A stretch of 64,000 nt of DNA from Macrostomum lignano (GCA_002269645.1 NIVC01000177.1:194134-258133), one strand, 5' to 3'; counted from the stretch's first letter, positions 37,001 to 49,373 are shown. Program-made: numbers and translations. Notes: a model not told the origin generated them from the letters alone.

Positions 37001-40000
37001 ACTTCAGGTGGTTCAGAAGGGATTCTCCATGGCAACTTCAGGTGGTTCAGAAGGATGTTCCATATCAACTTCAGGTGGTTCAGAAGGGATGATCCATGAG
37101 AACTTCATGTGGTTTTGAAGAAATGCTTGTTTCAGGTGGCACTTCAGGATTGGTCAGGGAAACTTCAGCTTTTTGGAGAATGATCAGTGAAACTTCAGGC
37201 AGCTCTTTTCGATTAGGGGTTTCCAACCTTCGCCCCCAAACCCACCTCGAACAGGCACCCTGCAGGATCAGAACAAGCACCTCAAGTCTGAGATTATGCG
37301 ACACAGGAAAAAATCGCACGCCCTGCAAGCTGACTCCGATAAATATCGCAGTCTCTGTAGACAGATGGAGGAGGAGCTGATGAAGCTGCGGGGAAGAGCC
37401 TGTGGCAGCTCATCTGCCACCGCCGCCGCTGCTGGGTCTTCTTCCGCCTCTGCTGCTCCTGCGACTCCTTCGGCTGGGTCAACAAGTGCGACCGCCGACA
37501 ATAAGGATGCCAATAAAGATGCGGTGTCTGCGGCCTCAGGCGGGGCAGCTGGGGATGGGAAATGTGAGATCAATTTTCTTATTGGCCCTCAAAATCCCAT
37601 AAAGAATTTCCCTCAAATCCCATGAAGAATCTCCCTCAAATCCTATAAAGAATCTCCCTCAAATCCCATGAAAAATCGCCCTCAAATCCCATAAAGAATC
37701 TCCCTCAAATCCCATAAATAATCTTCCTCAAATCCCATAAATAATCTTCCTCAAATCCCATAAATAATCTCCCTCAAATCCCATAAATAATCTCCCTCAA
37801 ATCTCATTAATAATCTCCCTCATATCCCATTAAGAATCTCCCTCAAATCCCATGAAGAATCTCCCTCAAATCCCATAAAGAATCTCCCTCAAATCCCATG
37901 AAAAATCGCCCTCAAATCCCATGAAGAATCTCCCTCAAATCCCATAAAGAATCTCCCTCAAATCCCATAAATAAAATCCCTCAATCCCATTAATAATCTC
38001 CCTCAAATCCCATAAAGAATCTCCCTCAAATCCCATAAATAATCTCCCTCAAATCCCATACATAATCTCCCTCAAATCCCATAAAGAATCGCCCTCAAAT
38101 CCCATAAATATTCTCCCTCAAATCCCATAAATAGTCTCCCTCAAATCCCATAAATAATCTCCCTCAAATCTCATAAGAAGTCGCCCTTAAATCCCATAAA
38201 AAATCTCCCTCAAATCTCCAGCCTCTTCAGAGCCTCATCATCAGCAGCAGCAGAAGCCGCAGCAACCGTCGGCTTCCTCGTCTGAGTCATCAGCAAAAGA
38301 TGAAGCGGCGGCACCCGTCGCAGCCTCCGCCGGCCCAGAAGCCGGGCCCAGCGGCGCCAACCCCAGTCCTCATTCGAGCGTCTCCAGCTTCGGCACGTCC
38401 TCGTCTTCTTCAACGGCTGTGCAGAATTTGAAAATTCAGCTAAAGAAAAGTCAGGACAAAGTAAAGGAGTTGGCCCAGTTGTTAGAGGCATTCAAATCTC
38501 TGTCTAAAGATCAGCGCGATAGGGCCACGATTTCCGCTTCGGAAGCTCGGCTGAGAACCGAGCTGGAAGAGTCCCGGGCTGAGGCGCACCGGCTGAGGGA
38601 CCGGGAGCGGAAGCTGTTCTCTGAGAATGACCTGGCTAGGAAGGTTCGGCGGTGAGTGCGGCTTGAGAGGCCTGCGGACTCCCGGCACATCAATAGGGGG
38701 ACTGGCAGCACATCAAAAGGGGGACTGGCGGCACATCAAAAGGGGGACTGGCGGCACATCAAAAAGGGGACTGGCGGCACATCAAAAGGGGGACTGGCGG
38801 CACATCAAAAGGGGGACTGGCGGCACATCAAAAGGGGGACTGGCGGCACATCAAAAGGGGACTGGCGGCACATCAATAGGGGGAATGGCGGCACATCAAA
38901 GAGGCCACTGGCGGCACATCAAATAGGGAGACTGGCGGCACATCAAAGAGGGGACTGGCGGCACATCGAAGAGAGGACTGCCGGCACATCAAAGAGGGTG
39001 ACTGGCGGCACATCAATAGGGGGACTGGCGGCACATCAAAGAGGGTAACTGGCGGTACATCAAAGAGGGTAACTGTCGGCACATCAAAGAGAGGAATGGC
39101 GGCACATCAAAGAGGGGACTGGCGGCACATCAAATAGGGGGACTGGTGGCACATCAATAGGGGGACTGGTGGCACATCAAAGAGGCTAACTGGCGGCACA
39201 TCAAAGAGGGTGACTGGCGGCACATCAAAGAGGGTGACTGGCGGCACATCAAAGAGGGTGACTGGCGGCACATCAGAGGGGGACTGGCTGCACATCGAAG
39301 AGGGGGACTGCTGGCACATCAGAGGGGGACTGGCTGCACATCGAAGAGGGGGACTGCTGGCACATCAGAGGGGGACTGCTGGCACATCAGAGGGGGACTG
39401 CTGGCACATCAGAGGGGGACTGCTGGCACATCAGAGGGGGACTGCTGGCACATCAGAGGGGGACTGCTGGCACATCAGAGGGGGACACGTTATTTTATTG
39501 TTGAATTTCTAATTTTTCTAATTGCAGCCTAGAAGAGACGCTGCACCACTGCCAGCAGAAGCTGAACACCTCCAAGCAAGAAGAGGACGCCCTGCTCAAA
39601 GAGATGGAAGTGATGGAGCTGGCCTTCTCAGACGTACAAGAACAGAATCAGCGCTTGATGAAGCAATTAAAAGAGAAAGACGACGCCAATCTGAAGCTGA
39701 TGAATGAGCGACAAAAAGGAGACAAAATGCGATTGCTGCTTCAAGAAGAGAAAGACGTGCTGGCCAATCAGCTGAGAATAATTGGTGCGAGAATCGAGGC
39801 TCAGAGTCAGGTGGTGCAGAAGCTGGAGGAGAAGGACCGACTCAATATGGGCAGCATATCCACTCTGGAGAAGGAGGTTGGCCTCAGGCAGCAGGCTCTG
39901 GACATCTTCAAGAGGTGAGGGATAAGTTAATAGAACACTTGCATGTTTCCCATGCCATCCAGTTCCCCATCGATTTTTCCATTTTGTTCCCCACCCGTTA

Positions 40001-40598
40001 CCCCATCCAGTTCCCCATCCAGTTCCCTATCCAGTTCCCTATTCAATCCCCATCCAGTTCCCACCCATATCCCCATCCAGTTCCCACCCATTTCCCCACT
40101 CATATCCCCACCCATATCCCCATCCAGTTCCCCATCCAGTTCCCCATTCAATTCCCCACCCATTTCCGCACCCAGACGCAGCGCAGAGCACCAGCAGCAG
40201 GCGCAGGATCTGCAGCTGAACCTGGACAAATACCTGAGCCAGGTGCGCGAACTGCAAGCCGCGGTGCAAGAGAAAGCGGCCGTGATCGAGAAGGAAGGCT
40301 TCAGGCACAAGCGTCTTCTAGAAGAGCTGGCAACTTTGAAACGAAAGCACGACAGATTGAAGAAGATCGAAGAGTCCTCCAATGCTGACGAGGTGCTTCT
40401 AGCCGAGATCGCCGATTACAAAGAGCAGCTGACCTGCCCTGCTGCAAGGTGAGGCGCAAAGACGCCATCTTAACCAAGTGCTTCCACGTGTTCTGCTTGG
40501 ACTGTTTGAAAACTCGCTACGAGACTCGGAATCGGAAGTGTCCGAAATGCAATGCAACTTTTGGCGCCAACGACTACCACAGAATCTATCTGGCCTGA
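31029..40598 (+). CDS. BRE1: E3 ubiquitin ligase BRE1 (RNF20/RNF40 ortholog), histone H2B monoubiquitination
   Basis: Exons 31029-31136, 31837-32349, 32923-33192, 34020-34457, 35872-36166, 37255-37563, 38222-38651, 39528-39914, 40176-40598, with consistent phases. Motifs [77 protein letters not shown], and a C-terminal [44 protein letters not shown]...[10 protein letters not shown]. The RING needs one extra C at 40437-40439. Confidence 0.95.
31205..31825. repeat. 23-bp minisatellite (tctacagatcatgatctcactca)
   Basis: BRE1 intron 1. Confidence 0.95.
33205..33950 (+). repeat. 28-bp minisatellite (gggccagcctcccagatcctcagttgct), copy A
   Basis: BRE1 intron 3; the same unit occurs inverted at 42905-44042. 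Confidence 0.95.
34505..35760. repeat. 20-22 bp minisatellite (gagattctgtgagtgtctctat)
   Basis: BRE1 intron 4. Confidence 0.95.
36200..37200. repeat. 34-bp minisatellite (ttcaggtggttcagaagggattctccatggcaac)
   Basis: BRE1 intron 5. Confidence 0.95.
37600..38218. repeat. 23-bp minisatellite (aatctccctcaaatcccataaag)
   Basis: BRE1 intron 6; runs into the acceptor at 38220-38221. Confidence 0.95.
38680..39487. repeat. 22-23 bp minisatellite (gggggactggcggcacatcaaa)
   Basis: BRE1 intron 7. Confidence 0.95.
39950..40165. repeat. 12-bp repeat (ccccatccagtt)
   Basis: BRE1 intron 8. Confidence 0.85.
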
Positions 40599-40689
40599 CA
40601 TCTCCTCTGTTATCGTATCGGATAGTTCTCTCCTGTGGTGTCTAATCTAACTGGTTTACTGGGATGGGCACTCTCTGGGAATTGCCCTT

Positions 40690-41730
40690 CCTCCCTAATC
40701 TCATGAAAATCGCCTTTGATCTCATGAGAATTGCCCCTAATCTCATGAGAATCGCCCCTAATTTCATGAAAATCGCCCCTAATCTCATGAGAATTGCCCT
40801 TCATCTCATGAGAATCGCCCCTAATCTCATGAGAATTGCCCCTGATCTCATGAGAATCGCCCCTAATCTCATAAAAATCGCCCCTAATCTCATGAGAATC
40901 GCCCTTAATCTCATAAAAATCGCTCCTTTGAATCACTTGAGAATCGTCTTATCTTCTGATAATCGTCTTATCGTCCCTAATCTAATGAGAATTGCCCCTA
41001 ATCTCATGAGAATCGCCCCTAATTTCATGAAAATCGCCCCTAATCTCATGAGAATTGCCCTTCATCTCATGAGAATCGCCCCTAATCTCATGAGAATCGC
41101 CCCTAATCTCATAAAAATCGCCCCTTTGAATCACTTGAGAATCGTCTTATCTTCTGATAATCGTCTTATCGTCCCTAATCTCATGAGAATCGCCTCAAAG
41201 CACTTGAGAATCGCCCCCTAATCTCATGAGAATCGCCCCTAATCTCATGAGAATCGCCTCAAAGCACTTGAGAATCGCCCCTAATCTCATGAGAATCGCC
41301 TCAAAGCACTTGAGAATCGCCCCCTAATCTCATGAGAATTGCCCTTCATCTCATGAGAATTGCCCTTCATCTCATGAGAATTGCCCTTCATCTCATGAGA
41401 ATCGCCCCTAATCTCATGAGAATCGCCCCTAATCTCATAAAAATCGCCCCTTTGAATCACTTGAGAATCGTCTTATCTTCTGATAATCGTCTTATCCTCC
41501 CTAATCTAATGAGAATCACTCCTAATCTCATGAGAATCGCCTCAAAGCACTTGAGAATCGCCCCCTAATCTCATGAGAATCGCCCCTAATCTCATGAGAA
41601 TCGCCTCAAAGCACTTGAGAATCGCCCCTAATCTCATGAAAATCCCCCCTAATCTCACGAGAATCGCCCCTGATCTCATGGGAATCGCCTCAAAGCACTT
41701 GAGAATCGCCCCTAATCTCACGAGAATCGC
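40690..41730. repeat. 21-bp minisatellite (cccctaatctcatgagaatcg) with interspersed longer variant units
   Basis: Just downstream of the BRE1 stop codon. Confidence 0.93.
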
Positions 41731-42299
41731 CCAATGCATCCTCATTAGCCAATACGGCACTGAGTTAGGGTGATTGGCTCCTACAAATTATTAACCAGTT
41801 GGACATTGTAAATAAAGTTTACTAGTTCCGAATATTTAATTGCACAAATGAATTTATTTGCTAGTAAACAAGTCTGCTTAAAACCTGTGGCCGCTCATGT
41901 CAATAAGATATATAAATAATGCCGCCATGATTAAAAGTACATATTTTTCTGTGTTAAACTGTGCGTCAATGTCTCAATTATCGTTAAACTTTACCTTCTG
42001 TATTGTGTCATCACAGTTGCATCCGCATGAATATTTAGACAGACATAAATATATTTTTTATTTCTTAATTGATAACCTGTCCGGCTTTATTCAAAGCTTG
42101 TTTAAGCTTGTTTGTCACTGCGTCTGTTCGTTGATTCAATTCAAATTTCTCTGTCTAAGAAAAACTGGTTTTGTTCGTTTTTTGAGAAAAACTTGAAATT
42201 AAGTTGACTACGATACATATCGGGAATTTCCGATTGTCTCTCGTCTCCACTGGCACTTATCACTCATTTCTCAGGCCTTTTAATCTCGTCACTCTTTAT

Positions 42300-42550
42300 T
42301 AGGTCTCTAATCTCTCTCCTGGGATTTCTAATCTCCTTTTTTCTCGGGTCTCTAATCTCCCCCTTTCTCAGGTCTCTAATCTCCCTCTTTCTCGGGTCTC
42401 TAATCTACCTCTTTCTCAGGTCTCTAATCTCTCTCTTTCTCAGGTCTCTAATCTCCTTTCTCAGGTCTCTAATCTCCCCCTTTCTCAGATCTCTAATTTC
42501 CCTCTTTCTCAGGTCTCTAATCTCCCCTTTTCATGCTTCTAATCTCCCTC
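42300..42550. repeat. ~23-bp pyrimidine-rich repeat (tttctcaggtctctaatctcccc)
   Basis: Direct inspection. Confidence 0.8.
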
Positions 42551-42904
42551 TCTCAGCCCTATAATTTTTACTACTAAATTTTAGCAACGTTGTCGATCCT
42601 ACTTAATTCGACGAATAATAATATTTATTTATCGCTACTATGAGTAGACTATGAAGAACATTGTGAGTTTTTCTTAAAAGTAGTGAAATGTTCACTCGTG
42701 TCTTTATTTGCATTTTTGTTTCCTGCAGTTATTTTTCTCAGTCGCGTAGGCATTTTCGTAAGTTTCTCAATGAATGCATTCATTTCTGTCTACACAGTCC
42801 CCGCACACTACTTTTACATCAGCTGTTTGCTCTGCGCTGTCTCTCGAGTTTTTGTGCCTGTGCTTGCGTGTTTTGTGTGCAGTGTGCATACGTGTGTCAG
42901 CAAA

Positions 42905-44042
42905 CTGAGGGAGGCTGGCACAGCAGCTGAGGATCTGGGAGGCTGGCCCGGCAACTGAGGATCTGGAAGGCTGGCCCAGCAGCTGAGGATCTGGGAGGCT
43001 GGTGGCCCAGCAACTGAGGATCTGGAAGGCTGGCCCAGCAGCTGAGGATCTGGGAGGCTGGTGGCCCAGCAACTGAGGATCTGGAAGGCTGGCCCAGCAG
43101 CTGAGGATCTAGGAGGCCAGTGGCCCAGCAACTGAGGATCTGGGAGGCTGGCCCAGCAACTGAAGATGTGGGAGGCTGGCCCAGCAACTGAGGATCTTGG
43201 AGGCTGGCCCAGCAGCTGAGGATCTGGGAGGCTGGCCCAGCAACTAAGGATCTTGAAGGCTGGCCCAGCAACTGAGGATCTGGGAGGCTGGTGGCCCAGC
43301 AACTGAGGATCTGGGAGGCTGGCCCAGCAACTGAGGATCTGGAAGGCTGGCCCAGCAGCTGAGGATCTGGGAGGCTGGTGGCCCAGCAACTGAGGATCTG
43401 GAATGCTGGCCCAGCAGCTGAGGATCTGGGAGGCTGGTGGCCCAGCAACTGAGGATCTGGAAGGCTGGCCCAGCAGCTGAGGATCTAGGAGGCCAGTGGC
43501 CCAGCAACTGAGGATCTGGGAGGCTGGCCCAGCAACTAAGGATCTTGAAGGCTGGCCCAGCAACTGAGGATCTGGGAGGCTGGTGGCCCAGCAACTGAGG
43601 ATCTGGGAGGCTGGCCCAGCAACTGAGGATCTGGGAGGCTGGCCCAGCAACTAAGGATCTTGAAGGCTGGCCCAGCAACTGAGGATCTGGGAGGCCAGTG
43701 GCCCAGCAACTGAGGATCTGGGAGGCTGGCCCAGCAACTAAGGATCTTGAAGGCTGGCCCAGCAACTGAGGATCTGGGAGGCTGGTGGCCCAGCAACTGA
43801 GGATCTGGGAGGCTGGCCCAGCAACTGAAGATGTGGGAGGCTGGCCCAGCAACTGAGGATCTTGGAGGCTGGCCCAGCAGCTGAGGATCTGGGAGGCTGG
43901 CCCAGCAACTAAGGATCTTGAAGGCTGGCCCAGCAACTGAGGATCTGGGAGGCTGGTGGCCCAGCAACTGAGGATCTGGGAGGCTGGCCCAGCAACTAAG
44001 GATCTGGGAGGCTGGCCCAGCAACTAAGGATCTTGAAGGCTG
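42905..44042 (-). repeat. 28-bp minisatellite, copy B (reverse complement of 33205-33950)
   Basis: Unit agcaactgaggatctgggaggctggccc. Confidence 0.95.
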
Positions 44043-44424
44043 CATGGCGGCTACATGAGGCGTACCTTTTATAAATATTTCTTCCTAATTGTTTTCGTCG
44101 ACACTAAATGAATATATCTGAATGTGTTATACTGTAAGTTTAGCTGGCTTTCCTGTATTGAGGTTCTTTGGTAAAGCAGAAGTATTCTGCAAGTGCTCTA
44201 GTCGGGTCAAACAGCTAGGCCACAAATTAAGCAACAAGTGAACAAAGTGTCAAGAGTTTGAATGACTTTAATTGTATCCAATGTAACATATTATTAATTT
44301 TAATATACAATAAGTTTCTTTATCATCGATAACACGGCAAGACATCGTTACCTGAATTATTGCAATGCACAGCTAATAGAAAGTGTGCAAATTTTATAGA
44401 AACAGACGTACCAGTATGATAATT

Positions 44425-44715
44425 CCATTGAGAATCCTCTGTTAACTGTAGCTTTGAGTCCATTGAGAACCCTCTGTTAACTGTAGCTTTGAGTCCATTG
44501 AGAACCCTCTGTCAACTGTAGCTTTGAGTCCATTGAGAACCCTCTGTCAACTGTAGCTTTGAGTCCATTGAGAACCCTCTGTTAACTGTAGCTTTGAGTC
44601 CATTGAGAACCCTCTGCTAACTGTAGCTTTGAGTCCATTGAGAACCCTCTGCTAACTGTAGTTTGGAGTCTATTAACCCTGTGCTGACTGTAACTGTAGC
44701 TTTGAGTCCATTGAG
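44425..44715. repeat. 35-bp minisatellite (gtccattgagaaccctctgttaactgtagctttga)
   Basis: Direct tandem copies just 3' of the GT32 stop codon. Confidence 0.93.
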
Positions 44716-44803
44716 TTACTTGTAGTTTTTTGACTAACCGAGTACTTTTTATCAAGGTTTCCTCGCATCAACACTTCAAAATTGCACTCAAATTCTGGCC
44801 GCA

Positions 44804-45744
44804 CTACTCAGTTCGCCCCGGCCATGTTATTCCTGCTATTGAGTCCCACCTGGTGTGGTACTGGATGGCGTAGCTGGAGTTATAGCGCCTGCGGCAGGTC
44901 TCCAGCTCATCAGCCGACATGCCGTCAAGGGTCCGGCAGGCCGGGTCGCTGCCGTACCAGCTGAACGGGCTGAAGAACTCCGGCCTGTAGAGACAGACGG
45001 AGCCACTGTATCTCGCCCAGTTCCTCTTCATCAGCCGCATCAGCATCAGTGGCCCGGTGCGGTCCTCCTCCGGCGGGTAGCTGCCCGTCAGCAGACTCCA
45101 CCAGCGCTGGCTTGCAATTCGCTGAACCTCCCGGATTGCGTCCAGCCAGATCTGCTGGCCCGGCCGGCTGTACATCAGCGAGTTCTGCACGAGGCCAGAC
45201 GGCATTCGCCAAGCTGTCCAGCTCGAGCCGATAGACATCGAGCCCAGGACCACGCTGCAGTTGGCCAGCAGGTGGTGGAACGGGTGCAGGCACTCCGAGT
45301 CCAGGTCAGCGTACAGACCGCCCATGCTGTACAGGTACAGGTACCGGACAGAGTCCACTCGCTCAATCTTAGTCGGCAGCGAGCGCCAAGTCGGATAGAA
45401 GTCGGGAAATTTCCGACGCACAAAGTCGGCATTGTCGGCGTCAGTCCACAGCCGGTGCTGCCAGTCCGGGAAGCAGCGGCGCCAGCTGGCTGACCAGACA
45501 GACAACCGGTCTGGCAGGCTGGCCGACTTCCAAGACTGGTGCACGAAGCTCGGAGGGCTGCCCCGGACGCTGCCTCTGGCTCCGCTCAAGTTCAGTGGCA
45601 CCATCGGTATAGCCGGGAAGAGCTCCAGCTCCTTGGCCAGCAGGTGCGCCAGATGCGAGGCAATCATCAGCGTCAGGAGCAGCGCGGGGAGGCCGAGGAC
45701 CAGCCTCAGGACCAACGAGTCGTGTCGAGCGTGCCCAGCTGTAG
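44804..45744 (-). CDS. GT32 (Gly_transf_sug, DxD) glycosyltransferase, SUR1/CSH1 inositolphosphoceramide-mannosyltransferase-like; start exon not located
   Basis: Open frame with a hydrophobic anchor (LVLRLVLGLPALLLTLMIA), HQSWKS, LWTDADNADFV, IERVDSVRYLYLYSMGGLYADLDSECL (DxD), NSLMYSRPG and TGPLML. A splice acceptor (ttattctgcag, minus strand) at 45745-45746 suggests an upstream exon supplies the start. Confidence 0.85.
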
Positions 45745-46211
45745 CTGCAGAATAAATAAACAAACGTAGATTTTGTCAATAAATTTTCAAACTTTTGTTT
45801 ACCCCCGTTTTTTCTCTCGTTCCATTCAAAACCCTTCGAAACTAAAAGAAAAGCCAAGTTGAGCAATGGTAAATTGTATTAGCATTACTCAGCAACATTG
45901 AAAAGTCGCCACTCTATGCTCCAGTGAGCAATTTCTCTTGGACTATTCTGGAAATAAAAGATACGAGAATACTGATTGGTGTAGCTTTAATCCGTCCAAT
46001 CCTCGCACACCGCCCCCTCCCCCACTTCATTCAACTTAAGTCTGTCGCGGCGTAGCTACATGTACAGTGAGTTGCGTCACTCGCACGATTGAGAGGCTTT
46101 ACCTGCTCTCTCAAAAGTGGCGACCACAGACGGAACCTTCTGTGGTGATGGCGAATTTTCAATGTTGCTGAGTCTAATGGTTGCGGAGTTGAAATAATGG
46201 CCAAAGCACTA

Positions 46212-46399
46212 GCGGCCGTTGTAGCCTAGTGGTCAGAGCGTCGGACTCACGACTTGAAGGTCGGGGGTTCGATTCCTTCGATTGCACTGCAACAATTTGT
46301 GTCGTTGAGCAAGACACTTAACTCTGCATTGCTTCAGTTCACCCAGCTGTCAAATGGGTGCCAGCATTAGCTGGGGTAATTGAGGCTGTGTGTGGGGAC
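46212..46399 (+). mobile_element. tRNA-derived CORE-type SINE (5' part)
   Basis: tRNA-like head with A box tagcctagtgg (46222-46232) and B box ggttcgattcc (46266-46276). It is followed by a CORE-like segment ttgtgtcgttgagcaagacacttaactc...cccagctgtcaaatgggt (46297-46360). Confidence 0.72.
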
Positions 46400-46881
46400 C
46401 AGGGGCGTTGCCATGGATTTTATGGTGGGGGGAGACAAATCCAAGAATTCAACATGTACATGACTAAATTCCTACATTTCCATTATTTTGAGAATCGTGT
46501 TGTCAGCCCTCATTTTGGCGCCGCAGGCACTCATTTTAGCGCCGCAGGCACTCATTATGGCGCCGCAGGCACTCATTATGGCGCCGCAGGCATTACTTTT
46601 GGCGCTGCAGGCATTACTTTTGGCGCTGCAGGCATTACTTTTGGCGCTGCAGGCATTACTTTTAGCGCCGCAGGCATTCCTTTTAGCGCCGCAGTTGCTC
46701 ATTTTGGCGCTGCAGGCACTCATTTTAGCGCCGTAGGCGCAATATTTTGGCGCCCTGAAGAAAAATTATTGATTAGCACAACGAGTCACCAGGTGGGGTG
46801 GGGGGACAAAGCATTGGCATGTCCCCCCATAGCTTTTCCTGGGTGGGACCCCCTGTCCCCCCCTCGGTGGCGACGCGCCTG
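46400..46881. mobile_element. Non-autonomous hAT-like MITE with an internal 21-bp repeat array
   Basis: Inverted termini caggggcgttgcca (46400) and tggcgacgcgcctg (ends 46881), 12/14 matching. Flanks gtggggac / gtggctcc partly match as an 8-bp TSD. Internal tttt(g/a)gcgccgcaggcactca repeats span 46510-46755. Confidence 0.6.
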
Positions 46882-47659
46882 GTGGCTCCCTTGGACTGAT
46901 GATCAACATTTGCACCCCATCTGCGAATGAGGCCCCGATTCGTATAGCTACAAACTGTGGACATTCGTTGAATGTCATGTTGGTACGATACGGACCTGAA
47001 ACACCAAACTGCCTAGTCTCTAGTTCATAATGCTGCGAAGTTCATCTGCACGTCATCTACAAATATGCCACATGACGGTAAAAAGACAGAAATTGTGCTT
47101 ACAATATTTGTTATTTTAGCAAGAAGGACGCAGATCTGCAATTCAATTCTTACCCGCGCGCGCCCTCATTTGACTTGCGATATGCCGATTTGGAAATATT
47201 GATAAAACCAGAGTAGTTAGCTGCCGTAAGATGAGTTGGGCCTTGAGTTACTCAGCATCTGCCAGTTGTTAATGTCTTGCTGTTGTTATTCTTCTCATTC
47301 AGTGACTAGCGAAATATATTGACTATAGCTCCTCCATTGTCCTGGGGTATATATAGGCTTTCTGCTCAAACCTCTCTTAGATGGCACAAAAGTAGAAGAA
47401 TGGAAGAAGGTTAGGAGGTCAGTGTTCTTTACACCCTACCCTACGTGTGGCAGAATTCAAGATGCTGAAAGCTGGGCTGTATGGCTTACTTCTGTAATAA
47501 AATTTCGGTCTGTTCGAACATACGAGGCGTACTCAGAAGAAGTAACTGTCATTTCTTCTTACCAAACAGTTTTCCTAATGGGTTTCCTGCTGCTATCGAG
47601 GACGCGCAACAAAGTCGTGAGATAGTGAGATAGGAACTACGCTCGTAAAAGTGCGAAAA

Positions 47660-48300
47660 ATATTTGATTAGCTGTGATTATTTGTCAGGAGTGTTGAAGC
47701 CATAGACTATTTGACTGTGACTAATTATCACGAGTGTTGGGGCCATAGATTATTTGACTGTGACTAATTATCACGAGTGTTGAAGCCATAGACTATTTGA
47801 CTGTGACTAATTATCACGAGTGTTGGGGCCATAGATTATTTGACTGTGACTAATTATCACGAGTGTTGAAGCCATAGACTATTTGACTGTGACTAATTAT
47901 CACAAGTGGAAAAGCCATAGACTATTTGACTGTGACTAGTTATCACGAGTTTTGCAGCCATAAACTATTTGACTGTGACTAATTATCACGAGTGTTGAAG
48001 CCGTAGACTATTTGACTGTGACTAATTATCACGAGTGTTGGAGCCATAGACTATTTGACTGTGACTAATTATCACAAGTGGAAAAGCCATAGACTATTTG
48101 ACTGTGACTAGTTATCACGAGTTTTGCAGCCATAAACTATTTGACTGTGACTAATTATCACGAGTGGAAAAGCCATAGACTATTTGACTGTGACTAATTA
48201 TCACGAGTGGAAAAGCCATAGACTATTTGACTGTGACTAATTATCACGAGTGAAAAAGCCATGGACTATTTGACTGTGACTAATTATTATGAGTGGCAAA
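47660..48300. repeat. ~43-bp minisatellite (gccatagactatttgactgtgactaattatcacgagtgttgaa)
   Basis: Between the GT32 and ceramidase genes. Confidence 0.93.
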
Positions 48301-48719
48301 GTCATATACTTTTTATTGTGATCAATTGTCATTAGTGGCCAAGCCACCACGTCACTATAACACTACCGATCTCAGTAGCGCATCCAGTAAAGAAGCATCG
48401 TCGAAGTTGGATGACGTAGATGACGTAGATAACAAGTTTATGAACTACATGGAGTCTTTTGGTCTAAACCAACATAAATTACCTCATCACATCAATCAGG
48501 ATTCGGTGGTGTGCGTGTTTTCTTTTCCTGCTGCCATCTATTCTTATGCAGGCCCCATGCAGCCGTATTCCTTGTATCATTATTGTAGAAATGTATTGTA
48601 CCAAATTAATCTGCCAGTGCTCGAATGCCTGACTTAGTTAGATGTGTGAACTTGCAAACTGTTTGCATCTGCATGTTAGCCAGCTTTTGTAACTCAATGA
48701 CTTGATGTCCTTCAATTCT

Positions 48720-48902
48720 TCTCTTTTCTCTTACTTCTGGGTTCCTTATCTCTGTTCTCTCAACCGCTTATCTCTCTACCGGGTTCCTTATCTCTGTTCT
48801 CTCAACCGCTTATTTCTCTACTCGATTCCCTATCTCTGTTCTCTCAACCGCTTATCTCTCTACTCGATTCCCTATCTCTGTTCTCTCAACCGCTTATCTC
48901 AA
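48720..48902. repeat. 42-bp repeat (ccttatctctgttctctcaaccgcttatctctctactcgatt)
   Basis: About 4 copies. Confidence 0.85.
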
Positions 48903-49373
48903 GCTGACAAGAGGTCTCATCTCTTTTCCGGCCTTCATATTTTCACCCACTTTTCGGCACGATTTGCATCGCCCCCCCCCCACAGAGAGAGAGAGAGAGG
49001 GACAGATTTCATTGGGCAGGACTTGCCCGTTCTCTTGCCCCCAGCACTGCACAGCACTGCAGATAGGCGGTGTTTGTGTTTCCCTAATATCTGCAACCTA
49101 CACAAGCCAGAGCGGCCACGATACAGGAAAGCTACATTGGCCCTCTATAGCTCTATAACTTGCACACACACACACACACACAAAATCGTTTGGCGTGCTC
49201 CTGTGTAGCCATGCGGAGCTGTTATATCTAAATCAATATATCAACTATGAATGTATATATAGTGCCAGAGAAAATGAATTGAATTATTGCTACATTACTA
49301 TACAGATTAGCTAGCTATCAGTTAGAGCAGTTATCTCACACCCATGCAGACAATTTGGCACTGGAAGCTGCCG

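Noticed and set aside
42650-42905. Possible micro-exon gene (gtgagt...cctgcag and gtaagt...ctacacag short introns)
   Set aside because: The spliced product hits a stop after 10 codons unless a base is added, and there is no independent support.
46212-46285. Functional tRNA gene
   Set aside because: A and B boxes are present, but the acceptor and anticodon stems pair poorly and the sequence runs directly into a CORE-like SINE body.
47660-48300. CRISPR-like regularly spaced repeats (also 44425-44715 and 59590-60100)
   Set aside because: The units are head-to-tail with no unique spacers, there are no cas genes, and the context is a eukaryotic spliced genome.
48293-48637. LINE endonuclease relic (FMNYMESFGLNQH)
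   Set aside because: Only a faint resemblance to CR1/L2-type motifs, with no flanking conserved residues or reverse-transcriptase sequence.
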